DNA from: Raillietiella orientalis
Lineage: Eukaryota
Assembly (NCBI GenBank): GCA_036172245.1
Contig: JAYWIR010000008.1
Coordinates: 4,712,001 to 4,776,000, forward strand
Direction of reading: 5' to 3'
DNA length: 64,000 nucleotides
A program made the translations under genes and the position numbers. The notes beneath the pieces are model-generated. The model made no database searches. It saw only the letters and a list, made by a program, of their open reading frames with translations, and was not told the origin of the DNA. Below, one piece after another: positions 28,701-41,160 of this stretch. How positions within the stretch are numbered: the stretch's first letter is position 1; every line of letters begins with the position of its first letter.

Positions 28701-31700
28701 CAAGCAAATTCGTAGCAGACAGCTACCTTGCTACGGGAATATCTATGGACACAGTAACGTTGCTGAGGAACACCAAAGCATTGGAGATGTTCCGCAATGT
28801 GGAAGCAGAGACAGCCTTCGAAGAGGATTTTCTTCCAGCAGTGTTGCTCAAAAGTGGCAGGAAGAAGTAGTTCCGTTACCGAGCAACCCGTGAACCTCCA
28901 GTGTCTCGAGCCACTTTGCGAAATACGCGCGTGCATCAAGGCGACCAGAACCGACGACGGACAATCTTCGTTTGCCCTATTAGCTGAGGCTGTTGTGCTT
29001 TTACCGTGAGACGAGGGTTTTCCAGTAGCCTTTATTTTTTATCATGTCGAACCTTGAGGCGGGGAATTTCCGATTTTTTTTTTCCTCACTTAGGAGACAA
29101 TTAGCTATTTCGGTCTGCGTTTGAAAAGAGGTGCGGAAATCCCAGCATCCAAAACAGAATCGCGCGAAAGTTCAAGACGGCTGCTCTCAATCACCAGTGA
29201 GTGTCCCAGCATGATTGGTTTCTAAGGGATGAACGCATGCTATCCACGGCGAGGAAGACGGAAGGCAGGGAGAGATAGACTGGAGAGAAGTGAGAATAAT
29301 CGAGAGCGAGAGAGGAGACCATCAATTTTGAGAATGTGCAGTTTTGAAATTAAGTTCAACGGGTGTAACAAGTCGTAAATGTAATAAATTCAGGATGGAG
29401 GGTGGGGCAGAGCACGGTGTCTCGGCGCTACGATACTTCTCACATGAAAATCAGCCAACAAATCGGCAACTTCGCTGCCCGGGTGAGGAACTTCTGATGC
29501 TGACTGCTAGGGATGTTGTTGTTGTTGCTGTTGCTGTTAAAGTGGTTCGACCATGCATGGAAAAGCCATTTCTTCCCCCTCCCGAAACTTTTTCCCTCGT
29601 TTTTACGGCAACCCTGATTTACTATCTCGTCATCGCATGGCGTGCTTGAGAAGCTCGGGAAACAGATATCCAGCATCCGTAGATCCCTTTGCAAAAAATC
29701 CTATGCAGGCAAAGAAATGCAAAAACCTCAGCGATTCACGAATCGAAATCAAACCTGGAGTTAATCTCCATCCCACATCTCCAAAACGGGAGACAAAGCA
29801 AGCACTGGCTGCATCCGTACCCTCATCTTGCTTTGGGGAAGGAAAGAATCAAGCATTATGTTCCAAAAGGCACTTAAGGCAACAGCCTCCTTCTTTTTAG
29901 TGTTTCTTCTGTGTCGCCCGGAAAGCATCCATGAAACCTCTTGGTTCAGGAAGAGTGTCCTTAAAAATCAATGAAAGTGCCTTTTGCAGGAACTTCGGAA
30001 ACAAAGCGTTACAACCATAATGGTTTATTACGTCTTCCTCCTTGAGTCGCATCGAGTCGTAGCCGTAACGAAGTCCAATGACAGGCACTGGAACGGAGGA
30101 AAATGGGAATGAAACAGGAAACTCCTGTGAAGCAGTACCTTTTCTTTTCGTAGATCTTCCGAGTTTAGAAGTTCATTTCAAATGTTCCCTTTCTTCTTCT
30201 TCTTCGTGTACACACGCTGTCTATTCGGTTCGTTGGATCCCTTCACTTTTCCCAGCGCCGCATGGCTAAGAATTTCAAGAAGCAGGGGCACAGGGAGGAA
30301 TTGCTCTACTTTAGCACGATCTGTTGCCAAAACGGGAGAAACTCATTTTCTTTGGGCATTCTTCGTAGCGTGTACTCCGGATGCAAACGGTTGTGACGGA
30401 ATGCGTCCTTGGAAAACGAGTTTTACTGTTCAGTAGGTCCCAGGTTGAGGAAGACCGAGAACTCGAGCTGTACATCGGGAAGAGCTCTCTTTCCCTTATT
30501 TCCCCTCCCTCCATGCAGCACCGGATGCTGACCAGAGCAACAACCGTGCCCACGATTCCAAGCCAAAGGAATCTGATGAGTTTGGGTAGAAAACGCTCTG
30601 CTGCCGACGGGCTTGAGATTTTCTACAAGATTTCTCTTTGAAAGATGGGCCTGCGCCATCAACAGAGCTTCAGCACCAGAATCAGCTCGTTTCCTTTGAT
30701 TTTTCTTCTCTTCTGCAGAGCTGTGAAAGTGTAAGTCGAAAACGATTCCCACGATGAGAAATGATGCGAGTCCCAGCCATTGGTTTATCTGAAGTTGAGA
30801 AAAAATGAGAATAATTATTCGGGAAAAAAACTGTCAAAGATTTCGCATGCATGTTTACGAAACAAAAAACGAACGTTCCTACGATCCACCTTATTTGACG
30901 AGGAAAAGGATCCCCCTAAAAAAAGAAAAAAACAAAAAAGTGCACGTTGAAGAATTACAGGAAATTCGTTCACGAATCGGAGTACGAATTGAATTCGGAT
31001 GGCGATCAGTGAAATTCCCTGCCTGCCATGCTGTATACGAATTCCTTATCAGTGAAGAGGAATCTGCCTTCTTGCTGCAGGCTGTTCATTTGAGGATCAT
31101 TTTCCATTTCTAGCACAGTAGCCATCGAATAAGGAATGAATGACGTATGCGAAGGCACTAAGAAAGCGGTGTGTACAAAAAAACGGCAGTCCAGTGTGAT
31201 TTCGGTAACAGACAGCAAATGCTCTTTGCGTGCGCATTGTACTGTATTGGCCAAGCCAATGGATCTCTTGCGAACGTGAAGAACGGAAGTTGTACAGGGT
31301 GCATGGGAACCGATCGATGAGGGAAAATTAGCGTCAAAGACGAAGTGCTAAAGAGAAATTGTTTAATAAATAGCACGTCTGGTCAGTAAGACTGGGAACG
31401 CGAGAACATGTACCTAAAGGACAAATGAAAAACATCATGACTGCTTTTCTTTTTAGAAAGTTGCAGCGTTTGTCCCTTGTTATTGAATTCGGGAATGGAA
31501 ATCGAATAAAACTGGATCTACTCTAGAAAATCGGGAACTGTATGATTCCAAGCTTTATTCTAGGAGAAACGTGCCCATTTGTTCTTCGGTACTGCGTCTG
31601 ATGATGGCATCCTTAATTCTTCGGGATCATTCAACAGATTTATCGAGAAAACTTCCGTTAAATAATGTGAAGCATTCCACTGCACTGTGGCACCAGAAAA

Positions 31701-34700
31701 TAAACACCAGCATATCCTCTTTAAGGGGTGCTTTAGAGGAAAGTACTAATTGTCTCATATGAGATGAGAAGAGCAGGAAGAGCAAAATGAACACCTAATG
31801 ATGCAACCAAGACCGATGTTGAGGTTTTTATGCAAGCCACTTTCAGAGGAAATAACAAACTAAAAGCATAAAGGAGAGAAGAAAACAGGCAGAGTGAGGG
31901 TAGGAAAAATGATTGCATGAATTTCTTTGTGTACGGATGGCTCGTTTCATGAGGCGTATGCTTATCTTTAGAGCACAGTCTTCGTACAGAAGAAATCCAC
32001 TATCGCAGATAATGCTTTTGCGAGCTGTGCTTTTCATTGATGGAATGCACGTTGTGTCGCACATTCGTGTACCATTAACGGTACATGGATGCGCGGGAGA
32101 GGAATTATGAAATCCGGGTACTCCTACAGCCCAGCTTTCTCTCTCGGGTTGCCGTCATCCGTCTCGAAGCCTAATGTTTGAAGCTGGACAAGCGGTGTTT
32201 GGGTTATGCCGAGTACACGAACGGCTAAATTTGCACTTTGATGATTCATTTTAGGAACTCGAGAAAGGTGCAAGGTTCCAGAGAATCTCCCACCCTGCTC
32301 CAGTGCAATTTCAACTTATGAAACGCCAACGGAACGCAGCTGGTGGTGATGAATTTCGTTTTTAGGAACCATCAAGCCTGTGGCCACGAGTCTTGCTTTG
32401 CAGAGGAGAAGCAATTCAAACAACCTCTTTGTATGGTAAGCTGCACTGCAAGAATTCCGTTCCGTAGCTATTCAGGACGGAATCTTCTTCAGAAAGCGAG
32501 TGATATCTGCAAGGTGCTGGCATTAGGAATAGCTTCTTCGGTCCAGCACTTTTGGGCAGGTTTCAATATTCATCGGGATCAGCAACAGGACGAAATGCGT
32601 GGAAAATTTAGAATAATTGAGCATGAGGCTGCTTGAGCCAGCTGAGAAACTTTAGAAAGACTCAGATCCAGCAAAGATCGCAATTGGAGTTACTGTGAAC
32701 GGGTTCTCTTTTTTCTTTGAACATTTTAAAAATGGGAACCCGGAAATATTTATTTGATTTCTATGAGGCATGATATGAGCAGAAGACCCAACGAATGCAA
32801 AAGTTGTCGAGCACGGTCTTGAGTGGATCATAATTATACTACTTGTTCACCATCTCATTCGAATAGGAATGGGAGCTCATGTTCCGTAAATGCTCGGGAC
32901 CTAAGTAAACTGCCAAGCAGAGGCAACCAGGTCAATACTTCGATGACCAATATCCTGCAGAAAAATTCTGCTGTGAAAGAATGAGGGAGGATCAATTAAT
33001 CAATCAAGATTTTTGAACAGTTCTTACAGTACGTCTTGCTGAATGAGCAAAGCGCCTGAATTTTCGAGATTGAGAAAAATGCAGACTAGCGCACAAGGTC
33101 AGCATTCTCTGGAGTGTCACGTTGAACACTTCAGCTGCAAGCAGGCTCGCTCTTCCCAGCAGCGCTGATCATTTCATCTAATGATCCTTCTTTTAATGAG
33201 ATCAACAAACCAAAATAACCCAGGGGAAATCGTATTATTCTTAAGCATAACCATATTTTTGTCTCCTGCTGAAGTGCTAATAGATTGCGTTATTCGTGGG
33301 TAGTCCGTATGCCGGAGCACACAAGTGTTATTTTCGTAGACGTGGGATGGGCATACGTGCATGCTGGTCCAACTACAGGATTGCTTGGATGGTGACGTTT
33401 ACAGAGGTGACTTTGGAACTCCACGTAGCTGCAAAGCACTGGACTTTAGAAGAGGGGCCAGCGGTCTTGTGAAAATCCGCAGCCAGCGTGCAATGTGAAA
33501 CGGAACATTAGAGAGAGAGGGAGACTGAGGGTAAGAACTTTGCTTTAAATTTCCAGATGAGTATTTGGTTTTTCCGGCATGTGTACCCCATGCTTCGACT
33601 CAGCAGGTCAGAATAACCACTCTATTGTTAAGCTAATCGTCTTCGGATCAAATCTGCACGAATCGGAGATGTTGAAGCTCCCAAGATCGAATTGCCATGC
33701 CATTCAAAGTTCCTGTCAAGATGTTGTTTCTACAGGAAGCACTTTCATCATTCCAAAGAGAAAAAGCTGTCGAGTTCAGGGTAATAATAAAAGGGCAGCA
33801 AAGTTAAAAAGAACGAACACTTAAAAGTGAAACCTCACACGAACAGGTAACTGAAGGTTTGGTGGAAGAGGAATGGCGGGGATCTGCTTTCCAGTCTGTA
33901 CAAACCCCAACTTCTCATCTGTTTACACACGGATTATTGTAGTTGTCAAGGATGAGTTTCCATTCTTTAAATGTCCAAAGAAAAAAGAGAATCCGTTCAC
34001 AGTGACCTCAACTGCGATCTTTGCTGGATCCGAGTCTTCCTGAAGTTTCCCAGCAAGCTCAAACAACCTGATGCTCGATTATTCTAAACTTTTCATACAT
34101 TCCATTCAGCTGCTGATCCCGATGAATGCTCAAACCTACGCAAAGCTGCTGGACCGAAGCCTCTGACGCAGTCACTCATTATCCTAACTAGAGGTAAAAA
34201 CTAAAAACCTTCAGAAATAAATGTTTGCCTATAAAAATTGGCAACGAATACGATCCGTTTCTTAATGACTTCCTGGAGACTTGCTATGTGCTCCCAAACA
34301 CTGATTTTTGGAGTGCATTCCAGAGATCGGAGGCGCGATCTGGGAAAAATATAGATTCGGCTAAAATTTCCTGGATTTGCTGGTGAAGGCTCTCTGCGCT
34401 GCATTCGATTTTCCGGGAGTGCCGCTTGGAGACACAGAGGACGAACAGAAGTTTGATCTCCTTTAACAAGAATCCAATCTATACCCAGAAGGCAATGTGT
34501 ATTCACAGATGATTAAAAATTACGTGGATTGCTGAATCGTCGTCGCATCTTGAACTGCTTGTGTTTCATAAATTGCATTAGTTACGGAACGAAAACCATC
34601 GGACTGCAAGAACTTATCATGACCATGATCATAAAATTCTAGCATATACAAAGTCAGGTTTATGGTACCAAGTTGCGTGTATGTAAATTTCGACTAGAAT

Positions 34701-35042
34701 GAGGCACTTTGTCTCAGTAATTTTCGTGATCTTATCGTTCCAATCTTCTCAATGCTCAAAGGCTTTTGGTGGCTCCGGTGGCTAAGAAGCGCTTACTTTG
34801 CGTATGGCAGGTCCGGTGGCAACACTATGAAAGAGTGCTGGGAATCGTTGGCACCCGTGTTCTTTGAAATGGCTGCTCGAGAAAAACTTTCGAGGAGGTT
34901 GCGTACGAACAACAGGAATTCAATTGCATTTGAAGAGTAAGGGGTGAAACAAAATGAGTCCAGAACGCGGTGCTTGGCAAGAGTCCTCCAGGACTGCGTT
35001 TTTTTCTTTGGATGCGAGACCTGCAGGACCACTTCTATAATC

Positions 35043-35076
35043 AGCGCTTCCTAAGATCCTTATCTTAGGAAGCGCT
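35043..35076. repeat. Perfect inverted repeat, 15-bp stem and 4-nt loop
   Basis: AGCGCTTCCTAAGAT-CCTT-ATCTTAGGAAGCGCT; the arms are exact reverse complements. Confidence 0.95.
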
Positions 35077-38000
35077 TTTGATGCCTCCTGAGTGCAAGAA
35101 GAGAACCTGATCAGCAACACAATTCCAGGTGGATAACATGCAGAACAACTTCCTGGAGTGATCCTGGACATTTCTTCAGGTTTACTATTGTTGCAGCCTG
35201 GTGCTAGGGGACGTGATATTCCTGTGCTTGCTGTTATCGGATTTGTTTGCGTTCCTGGCTTTTCCTTTGGAGTAAGCATAACGAGCTACTATTCCATATT
35301 CTCAAGGAAGAAAAATCTTGGAGATGTGTTTCTTGGACTCCACACCATTTCCAACAGGTCGAAGAATGCTTTTATTGTTTATTTTTTTTTTTATAATTTT
35401 GATGGAAACAGAGAATTGGGAACAAAAAAAGGTAAAAACTGCAGAATTTTGTCATGAAAAAAACAAAAAACAAGAACAAATCTTATCCTAAAATCCAATG
35501 GAATTCTAAAACGAGAAGCATTTGTTCATTTTATTGATCTATAATTTCTGTGGAGATGCCGAAAGAAATAATGGAACAAGTAGACGTAGGAAACCGAAAA
35601 GTGGTTAGGATTACCAGCAGCTTAAATAAATGAGTTTTGGGTTTTCGCAAGCAGGGAATTTACTCCAGGAGTCCAATGATGCAACCAAGAATAGTGTATT
35701 CAACCAAAGCAATTCTGTTGTAAATACGTAAGTACATATTATGTATCTTATGGTTGAAAAATCACCTGATTAAAAAAAAAAAAAAAATTGGAAGCGATGT
35801 GATGCACATCTCACGCGGCACACTTAGGAGTGGACACTGGAAATTTGCCTGCACCTCTTGTAAACCTCTTTGTTTTGGGGAGGTTGCAAATTTGTCATAA
35901 ATCTATAGGCAGAACTGCTCCTCTCGCGTGTGAGCAGAAGAATCAAAAGGAAATTTTTTTTCTCGCGGCAGAGCTTTCTTGAGGTGACACCAATGTTTCA
36001 AATTCCCCTCTACAACACGATCACCCCGGTGGATCGATGCATTGTCCAGGGCACACCGCACACAGTCCATTCGGAACGTTCACTGACTATCATTTGTCCA
36101 GCCACTCGAACGGAAGAGATAGTTGCCTGGAAGATTCTCACTCTGCTGTTTTGTGATTGAAGAAACTTTCGGAATCTCGCCGTATCGCAGCAACAGATCT
36201 CCTGATCTTGGTGAAATACGTTTAGCCTTCGGAAAAAGTGAGGGGCACAAGATCGCGGCCGAAGCTCCATCACTTGAAACATCCAGTGCGTCACAATGAT
36301 CAAAGTAGTCTCCAGATACCGTGCACTTTTGTGTACAGGTCCAGACAATTTGATATTATCGGCCTCCTGATGGACAGGACGCACAAGTGATTTCTCCTAT
36401 AAGCATTCGTTTGCCAGAAACGAATGGCTTGCATTCCGTTTTCAATTTTTTCTAGTGCGTCCACCAGCAATCCTGAAGACCTGAATCTTCGATAGCATTC
36501 GAACTTCAAGTTTCCTCGGTGTGTTCTTTCAGGCTACTGTTCCAGGAAGTGAACGTGAAGCATGGGGAACACACAAAAACGAATTGACTGGCCTCTCTAT
36601 CGATCCTTTCCCTTTGAGCAGCGATACGATTACGAGGACATTCCGTGCACGCATGAACATATAATATTCTTGCGCAAGAAACGTATAATTATTCACAATT
36701 GAAAGTAATTAGACAACTTAATCTTTCGCAGCTTGATAGAGCTCAAAAGATCTGTCGAAGAAAATGCAGAAAAGTGAAACGGGCACTACGGAACGAAGCA
36801 AGACAAACTTTATGTTCCTGATTTATCCACCTTCATCCATGTCCATGCATAAAGTGTTAACGTGGAATTTCATTTTCTTGCAAGCATTTCCATCAACAGA
36901 TTCTCTTTCGACAAAAACGTGAATGCAGACGTTTCCAAGGCATGGAGAGCTTCCACAGAGGAATCTTGTTCTTGAGGACTATCCCTGTTGTGCCCATGTT
37001 TGGTGCCCGTCCATATCAACAGTTTCGCGAAAAGTCGTATACGATCTGACAGGCCCGTAATCACCGTTGCGCGGCAACTTCAGAAGAGTACATTCAAATG
37101 ATCCATTCCGTGCAAGGAATGGTGCGATATTACTTGTCTGCATGGATAGCATTCAGGTGAACCAAAGCTACTCCCACCGTGGAAACCGCGAGAGCGTCTT
37201 TCGACAGTTAGCATGCAAAAAGCTAATACACCGAATATGTGAGTTGCAAGCTAACGGAGCTGGCAGAGCAAAGGACGTTTCACTCGAGTCTGATCTGTAG
37301 CAGATATAATGTAGCAAAGAGAGCGGGTCCTGGAGATTCGCGACGACCTCTATGAATCGCAGAAATGCAGTCGTATCGAGAAACAGGGAAACCACATACA
37401 GACAGGAATCAAAAACCAAAGTGACATGTGTTCCCAGTGTACGACACTGATGATGATGAGCTTCAATTCCGTGTCCGAATCACAAAAGTTGATGTACTGC
37501 CCTAAAATACATTTTGCTTTTGTGATGGCAAACTGCAGACGGCTATTCATAGAAGACATTAAGGGAAACGTGGAAAGAGATCGGTTTTCATTCACGAAAC
37601 GTGATTCAAACCATTAATTTCATAACGCACTTGTTATCTCTCCAGAAGGACACTACAACAGATATGTAAAATGAAAGTTCATCATTCCTTTGCAGTCATC
37701 TGCATGCACATCGTAAAGCACTGCTTCGAATGATTTTTTGCTAAAAAAAAAAAAAGGAGCTAACATCCGGAGCTGAGATCAGAAAGGGAAATCTATCTAC
37801 AGTGCTTTGATTTAAGGAATCCTTTCCTTTGCAACAGAAACGGGACATCTGATAACAGAACTTAACCACATCTGACCTTACCTAACTCGATTAATTCATT
37901 TCGAGGAATGATGGACTTCACAGAAGCAATTTCTTGAAATTGCTTGTCTGATGGCGTTTCATCAGAAACACATTCTGAACCGAATTCACCGTCAAGGAAG

Positions 38001-40846
38001 GATGAAGATGCAAAAGTACCTTTGTTTGTATATCCACTTCTATCGATCTATATGCAAAAGGATAAAGAGCTATATATTTTTTATGTATTTTTTTTGCTGC
38101 GCACAAAGATAAAATCGTAAATTTGATGAGGACTTTCTAATTCTTGTATTCCCAGAAGAACTCATGCTTTAGGGCACTAGTGTAACCCATTTAATGGAAA
38201 CAACATCTGAAGTTCCCAGATGTGCAAACAGTTCTCTCAAGTAGGAAGCGAACACCCTGAATTCTGTTAATGGACCAAGGACGTTTCATCTGCAAAACGA
38301 GAAAGAAAATCGCAAATTCCTTTTAAGGAAGCTTTTCCCACTGTTTTGTTACAGCGAAGCAGGTACTTAAGAAGGCAGACTCAACATATGACCGTATTTC
38401 TCGAGATCCGTTTTAGCATTCCAAAACAATTTGGAAGTAGAAGTGTTCTGCTAGAGAGGAAAGGAAACAGTTTTTTCTTCTTCTCCTGGAGGACGAATCC
38501 CCCTTTACTTTGCAGATCGGTTCCATGTTTGCTTCCTTGTTACAGCAGTTGCTTTGATATATTTCTTCCTGCGACGAAACGAAAGAAAGCTTTTCCGAAA
38601 ACCAAAAGGCTGGTTAATCATTTAATGAAGAGAAGATCGAAAGCTTTGTCTCTTGAATAGAAGCCTTTTTTTCTGTGACACCTCATCCAGGATACTGAAG
38701 CTCTTCAGGACTCGGTTCTGATAGCTCGTTTTTCATCGAGTAATCTGTAGGCGGCACCCGAATCGCACACATCACGCTAGGTCTGAAAAGATCTACGGCA
38801 CTGCTGAGCGAGAGTGCATCATTTTATTGAAGAAATGATTTCAGGTCAATAGTTTAATGGAACGAAAGACTCCAGGAGTCAGTGGGTTAGCACGCAACTT
38901 ACAGATCACTATGCTCTCAGCATGCCGCTGTCTATCCCCAGTATTGTAGGAGGGGAAAAAGGAAACCGAGCACATCACTCCTGAAGGTCGAGCAAAAAGT
39001 CCTTTTCGGCAATCCTGTGAAGATTTCTCCTTTCCAGCTCTTTAAAATAAGCACAGAAACAAAGATGTGACCACCTCAACTGGAGACTCGAGCTCATGAA
39101 AGCAGAACTCATGCTTGCTACAAACAGCAAAGAGACGCTTAGAATGCGCACGTTCATCATAGAAATCCCACCACGCCCCATTCCGCATCCGGAATAACCC
39201 GACCAACGGTGAGCACTGCTCTAGTCCCGGAATCCCGTACGAGTGCCAGGCTTCTAAAGACGTTCCATCCTTCCTCTGCAACAAGGTAAAAAAAATGATT
39301 CAGAATTTTGAAGCTAATTATTTTTCACCAGCATTTCCTTTCCGTTCCTCTCTTTCAAGCATTATGAGCAACAAGACTATGAGATCACACTGCTTCTGCG
39401 TGGGGTCCTAGCCAGTGATGCATGTGAAAAGATCGGGATGCTGCAGAGAAAAATTCGTCCCGATCGGTTCCCGGGAAAGGGAATCGTGCAGTAATCTCCC
39501 TAAACGTACGCCTCATTCACAAGTCAGACCGAAAGCAGTTTGAGGTATGCTGGAGGCTAGTTAGCATTTTTGTGCGTGTCATTTGGTCTCTTTGCATACA
39601 GCAGATGCGCAACTGGCTTTTTTCAAAATAGTTATCAGCTGCTTCCTGAAATGCCATTGGTCCAAAAGTCCTTGTGGAATCAGCAAGGAACGGCATGGAT
39701 CGACTTTCAGGTGACAGCTGAAGAGAGTCCATAAAGAAGACTTGAAGAACATTTGAATTGGCTGGGTTCTTAGCTTCGCCTATTCATGGAGTAGGAAGAG
39801 CTCAAAAGGCTCTCCGAACTGTGAGGAGTAGAAAGTCCTTGATAGACAGAAAGCTGAGCACAGGTGAATGCGGCTATCAAAGCGAGGTGATAGATCAAAG
39901 AACCTGAGTTCTGCAGGTACCTAAGGGAAAGTCAAAAGGACATCGAAAGTTTAAAAAGATGAAGTGGAACCCGATGATGTTTTTAAAAAACGCACTCTCA
40001 GGAACGCACTTAGATAAGCGAGATCTTTCACGTTACTTTCTTTTTAAACATGACACAGTCTCATACCAATTTTTCCATCCCACATACTTCTCACAAGGTA
40101 CTCCTGGAAATTCAGTTAGCAACTATTTTCGTAGGTCAAGGATATTTTGAAAGAGGGAGAACTTATCTGATTCTTGTAAAGCTTGAAGGAAAAAGGGAGG
40201 TGACCACAACGAAAAGGAAGAAAACTTTCTTTTCGTTTTCTGACATGGGAACGGATTCGAATCTATTTCTGAAAATGAGTGATGCCTACATTTGATGGAT
40301 AGTCTCTAAATACTAAGCTTTTTTTCTTTTTTTTTCCGGATATTAAAGTTTCCTGCCGGCTATTATGTGTGAGATCATCGAAGAGAATAGAATAACATGT
40401 CAGTTCCTAGCAACGGAAAGATCTTTTCTTGCTTAGGTCGCATACGAACAGATGAGTTCCATCGTCTGGATGTTTCGAGTGACTTTCACACAGCATTTGT
40501 GCAAATCATGTAAAAAATGTGTACTTTTTGAAGTATTTTTCAAACATGATAACATGATAGTATGGATTACAGTGGGAAAATTAGAGGTAGAAAACTTTAC
40601 GAAAAAATTTGCGATGTGGTTTGCGAATCGTCACCGGTGAGGTTTCTAAAACGCAGCGATGATGACGTGATGGAAGGGCAGTTCATTAAAGTGGAAAATG
40701 TTATTTGCACCTAAATGCTGCTGATTAAGATCTCGCAAAATACGTCTACAATCTCGAATCCGATGCTTTATTTGCAGTCATCGTTTTGCCTTGTTCTTTA
40801 CCTACAATAATAGCACATGAAAACGTGAGAACGGAATCCAGAAACA

Positions 40847-41160
40847 CAGTGGACTCCCGTGTAACGCGGGGAATACGTTCCGCATAATAGGGAACCGGGT
40901 TATACGAGACATGCATTGTCAGATGAGTTTAAACATTTCTCTGCACCAAATAAATGTTTAAACAGCATTTATTTGGTAGTCACGTACAGTGAAATAAAGG
41001 CGATTACTTTTTCCAGCTTGAAAGTGATTTCAAGCTGTAAATATGTGATCTCTTACAGCTTCCGTTGGGGATTAGTGCTTTCCTTTATTTTTGCAACATT
41101 TTTGATAAATGAAAAAGGTTAAAAAACAGTTTCCATGAATATTACTTCATGAGTCCACCA
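40847..41160. mobile_element. Degenerate pogo/Tigger-like MITE relic (about 310 bp)
   Basis: Left end CAGTGGACTCCCGTGTAACGCGGGGAATACGTTCC resembles pogo/Tigger termini (from memory, not searched). An inverted subterminal copy CCGGGTTATACGAG ends at 40908. The AT-rich interior has a 12-bp inverted repeat at 40945-40977. Partial right TIR GAGTCCAC at 41151-41158. No intact TA target duplication. Confidence 0.4.
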
